Positions 45,278 to 48,382 of a DNA stretch of 48,382 bases are shown here, one piece after another. The notes under the pieces are model-generated. The model saw only the letters and a list, made by a program, of their open reading frames with translations, was not told the origin of the DNA and searched no databases. Positions within the stretch are counted from its first letter, which is position 1. Each line of letters opens with the position of its first letter. The translations under genes were made by a program, and so were the position numbers. The DNA is from Thermoplasmata archaeon (GTDB lineage Archaea > Thermoplasmatota > Thermoplasmata > Halarchaeoplasmatales > Halarchaeoplasmataceae), in the NCBI GenBank assembly GCA_003553085.1, contig PUPH01000117.1, positions 1 to 48,382 on the forward strand, in the 5' to 3' direction.

Positions 45278-48130
45278 TCACTCTACATATATAGCGGGTT
45301 TACGGGGGATGGCCTGGGATGATTTATTAGTTGGATCGTAGGACGACCCATCAGGGGGGTAGATCTTGATCTGGGCTTGGAACTCCTCCTCTAAGAAGGC
45401 TGCTGCACCTTTGAGCACTTCGTATTCGTTCATATCTATGGACCACGAATCTTTAGCTCCTTTCTCCCTGAGGTCCTTCAATATGTGCTGTACGAACTTT
45501 GATAGTTGTTTTGCAGGTGCATCTAATTTTTTTGTGAGCTCTCCCATCACACCCATGCCTTTTTCGGGTTGTTGGATTATCATACCAACGGCCTTTTCTT
45601 TCCAACCGGCAGCGGTGTAGATGTGTATCTTCTCTCCTTCCACATCCGCGATATCGAGTATCTGTTTTATATCGGCTCGGACTTCCTTGATATATTCCTC
45701 TTCCAGCTCTGCCTTTTTAGAGATACCGTCTTCAGGGATCTTCGGCAATCCACTCTTAACCAAATATTCTATGTTCCACATATCGGACAATTCTTCAGCT
45801 ATGTGTGGGGTGAATGGAACCATCAGTTTTAACATACCTTTAGCGATCTCGTCCATCAATTCTCCGTTACACCCGCCTCTTTTGAAGTACCAGTCGATCT
45901 CCGATGGGATATCGTAATAAACCACGCTGGCCGCCTTACGGAGTTCATGATCCTGCATGTACTCGTTCCCTTTCATCACAAGAGAATAAAACCTTGAGCG
46001 GAGGTACTCGTCCACCGGATTCTTACCACCATCGGTCTCTTTCATCCTGTGAACCTTGTTCCAGATCGAGTTGAGTTTTTTACGGTAGTTGAAGACCTCG
46101 TCCTCGTCCCACTCCTTATCAACGAATGGACTGGCGGAATGGGCGTAGAACAGACGTAAAGTATCCACACCGTACTTTTCAGCGGTATCCGGGATCGGTT
46201 CAGCCCCTCCTTTGGACTTCGATATCTTTCCTCCTTTACCCACGAGCCACCAATTGACGAATATACCCTTTGGCCAGTATTCTTCATCCAATATGCCCAC
46301 GTGATTCATAAGGAAGGGTGGAAAGTGTACTGTCATGTGTTCTTTCCCGCCCAGGTTCAGATCTAAAGGATACCAGTACTTGAAATCGGACCGGATATCT
46401 TCTATAGTTTCCTTGGAGAGGCCGGTCTTTTTCGATACATCCTCTATATTTCCCTTACCGAGATATACGTGATCAAAAAAATCCTCTGTCATGTTCTCCG
46501 CTTCGATGATGCCATCGTTGTAGTGCTTGGCCAATATGTAGTAAGCCGGATAAAGTGTGGAATCGGCGATAGCCTCGATCACCCATTCTTCATCGAAGGG
46601 GAATTCTGTCCCCATCCAATTACCCTTTCTCGCACATGATCGATCCTGGAACCAGCCTATGGTTTCCGTGATGTTGTCAGCATAGCTTTGAGGTTTGATC
46701 TCCATATCCGTAGCGTGTTTTTTACTCTTCTCGGTGAGCTCTTCGTCGGAGTAGCGGATGAACCATTGATCGGGTATCTTACCCACGACAACTTTGGCTC
46801 CACATCGGCAGACGACTTCTTCTGAAAGGTCGTACATGATATCCGCTTCACCGGATGCGATCATATCCTCTTTCACCATCTCTTTGGCTTTTTGAACACT
46901 CATCCCTGAATAATCTTGACAACTGTCCAACATCTTACCTGTGTGGAATCCAGATTTGTATATTTTTTGAGTCGCAGTCTCCAACTTATCATCATCTCTC
47001 TGACTCTGGATATCCATCTCGTGTATGATCTTCTCAGCAGGATTTATCCCCCAATCTTTCGATTCGATGATGGGGATGGGTTCAACATCTTCTATCTTGC
47101 CCTCTAGGCCGAATCTTTTCAATGTATCTTCATCCTGCTTCAAGTCCCTGAGAGCGATCCAATCATAGGGTGCATCGCTGGGAACGCTGGTTACGATACC
47201 GGTGCCGACATCGGGATCGGTGAACGATGCCGGTAATATGATTATGTCTCTGTGGATGACCGGTGCCTTAACGTAGTCACCTATCATATCCTCTCCCATG
47301 ATGGTGTCGATCACCTTGACATCATCCTTCTGATACTTCAACTTCTCCACGGCCTCCTTGCTGAGTATCCATTCTTCGCCTTCGACCTCTGCCACAACGT
47401 ATCCTTCCTCGGGATCGACCCATAGATTAGTCTGTCCGAAGACGGTTTCAGGTCTCAATGTGGCCGCTGTGATGTACCTCCCGTTGTACTCGAACTTCAA
47501 CAGGGTGTACTCCTGCTTCTCCGCCGTCCCCCCCTTGGAAAGGTCGGTCTCAGAAGGGTCCACGGCTACCGGTCCGCATTCGATACACTCCGTTCCGAAG
47601 TAGTCCTTTTGGGTGAGCAGACCCCTTTCTTTCAACTTTCGAAACTGCCATTTGATGAACTGTTTGTAATCCTCACGTGTAGAATAGGTGAAATAGTCAA
47701 AATCTATGCTTATACCGAACTTCTTCCAGTATTTATCGATGTAAACCTCGTTGAAGTAAGTCACCAGCTCCATGGGATCTTTGACCCTTTCAATATCCTC
47801 CTCAGTGGCACCATTCCTTTTCATGTAATCTATCTTCTCAGGAACGCCTTCCTGCAGGTGTTTGGAAAGGCTGTATGCTTGATTACCAGTGGGGTGTGTG
47901 CCGGTGGGGAACAGGACGTTGTACCCTTCCATACGCTTGTACCGTGCGATTATATCCGTGTAGCTGTAACATCTCATATGACCTAGGTGGAGAAAACCCG
48001 ATACTCCAGGATACGCAAAAATCAGGTAGAAAGGTTCCCTGGACTCGTCAACCTCGGCTCTATCGACGCCTTCTTCCTCCCACCGTTCCTGCCACTTTTT
48101 CTCGATCTCCACAGGGTCGTAGTCTTTCAT
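45278..48130 (-). CDS. leuS: Leucine-tRNA ligase (archaeal type)
   Basis: HLGH, AATLRPET, GTGIVTSVPSDAPYD (editing domain), KISKS; ATG 48130, alternative TTG 48136. Confidence 0.97.
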   Translation of the reverse strand: MKDYDPVEIEKKWQERWEEEGVDRAEVDESREPFYLIFAYPGVSGFLHLGHMRCYSYTDIIARYKRMEGYNVLFPTGTHPTGNQAYSLSKHLQEGVPEKIDYMKRNGATEEDIERVKDPMELVTYFNEVYIDKYWKKFGISIDFDYFTYSTREDYKQFIKWQFRKLKERGLLTQKDYFGTECIECGPVAVDPSETDLSKGGTAEKQEYTLLKFEYNGRYITAATLRPETVFGQTNLWVDPEEGYVVAEVEGEEWILSKEAVEKLKYQKDDVKVIDTIMGEDMIGDYVKAPVIHRDIIILPASFTDPDVGTGIVTSVPSDAPYDWIALRDLKQDEDTLKRFGLEGKIEDVEPIPIIESKDWGINPAEKIIHEMDIQSQRDDDKLETATQKIYKSGFHTGKMLDSCQDYSGMSVQKAKEMVKEDMIASGEADIMYDLSEEVVCRCGAKVVVGKIPDQWFIRYSDEELTEKSKKHATDMEIKPQSYADNITETIGWFQDRSCARKGNWMGTEFPFDEEWVIEAIADSTLYPAYYILAKHYNDGIIEAENMTEDFFDHVYLGKGNIEDVSKKTGLSKETIEDIRSDFKYWYPLDLNLGGKEHMTVHFPPFLMNHVGILDEEYWPKGIFVNWWLVGKGGKISKSKGGAEPIPDTAEKYGVDTLRLFYAHSASPFVDKEWDEDEVFNYRKKLNSIWNKVHRMKETDGGKNPVDEYLRSRFYSLVMKGNEYMQDHELRKAASVVYYDIPSEIDWYFKRGGCNGELMDEIAKGMLKLMVPFTPHIAEELSDMWNIEYLVKSGLPKIPEDGISKKAELEEEYIKEVRADIKQILDIADVEGEKIHIYTAAGWKEKAVGMIIQQPEKGMGVMGELTKKLDAPAKQLSKFVQHILKDLREKGAKDSWSIDMNEYEVLKGAAAFLEEEFQAQIKIYPPDGSSYDPTNKSSQAIPRKPAIYVE

Positions 48131-48305
48131 GTTCAATCGAAATATGGTTGATTATTTAAAGTCTTTCGAATTTTGGGGTGTAGGATAGATGGGCGAAGAG
48201 TAGTTACTGTAGTTGTGAATATTGGAACATCATATTTGACAACGATCATGGTTATTAGGAAACGGTTAATTTTTTATCTGTTGAGATGATATACCACCGA
48301 TATCT

Positions 48306-48382
48306 ATGATAGAAACTCCTGTGATTATGGTGAACTATAAGACGTACAGCCAGTCCATAGGCGATAGTGGGTTGGAACTGAC
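48306..48382 (+). CDS. tpiA: Triosephosphate isomerase, N-terminus (truncated by the window end)
   Basis: Manual translation MIETPVIMVNYKTYSQSIGDSGLEL, matching archaeal TIM 'P.I.VN[FY]KTY...G..ALEL'. Confidence 0.8.
   Translation, partial: MIETPVIMVNYKTYSQSIGDSGLEL

Noticed and set aside
949-48159. Many 60-200 aa ORFs antisense to or nested in identified genes (e.g. 2043-2651, 3652-4161, 14899-15411, 22460-23029, 31320-31895)
   Set aside because: Shadow frames of well-supported genes; no motifs, and their composition is typical of reverse-complement translation.
1-48382. CRISPR array, rRNA, integrase/prophage or intein
   Set aside because: No regularly spaced short direct repeats, long non-coding blocks, recombinase motifs or intein splice motifs were seen by eye.
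1-48382. Apparent abundance of GATC as a Dam-like signal
   Set aside because: Can be explained by frequent GAG-ATC and GAT-C codon junctions in an acidic, Ile-rich proteome; not testable without a codon-aware null model.

Overview
Gene-dense archaeal chromosome segment. Archaeal L15e, LX, prefoldin-alpha, FtsY, LeuRS and TpiA plus a DUF6015-like gene point to Thermoplasmatota, and the D/E-rich proteins suggest a salt-adapted anaerobe (both inferences). Left part: right end of an IS630-like element, acyl-CoA dehydrogenase/EtfB/ferredoxin-EtfA operon, PPP phosphatase, fused FTCD with an inserted C2H2 zinc finger, membrane-anchored subtilase with five Ig-like repeats, and a tungsten AOR with two ubiquitin-like proteins, one lacking the GG tail. 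Middle: ribosome-biogenesis and translation cluster with a structured rpl15e leader RNA, tRNA-Pro(CGG) with a non-canonical T-arm, and MFS/M20/GGT genes. Right part: an uncharacterised three-gene wHTH operon whose two small products share a motif, an AT-rich type II R-M cassette, a thioredoxin cluster, a site-2 protease, two pilin-like genes, a CdrS-like RHH regulator with an operator, glmS, glmU, leuS and the start of tpiA. No CRISPR array or rRNA was seen. All calls come from motif recognition by eye; no database search was run.
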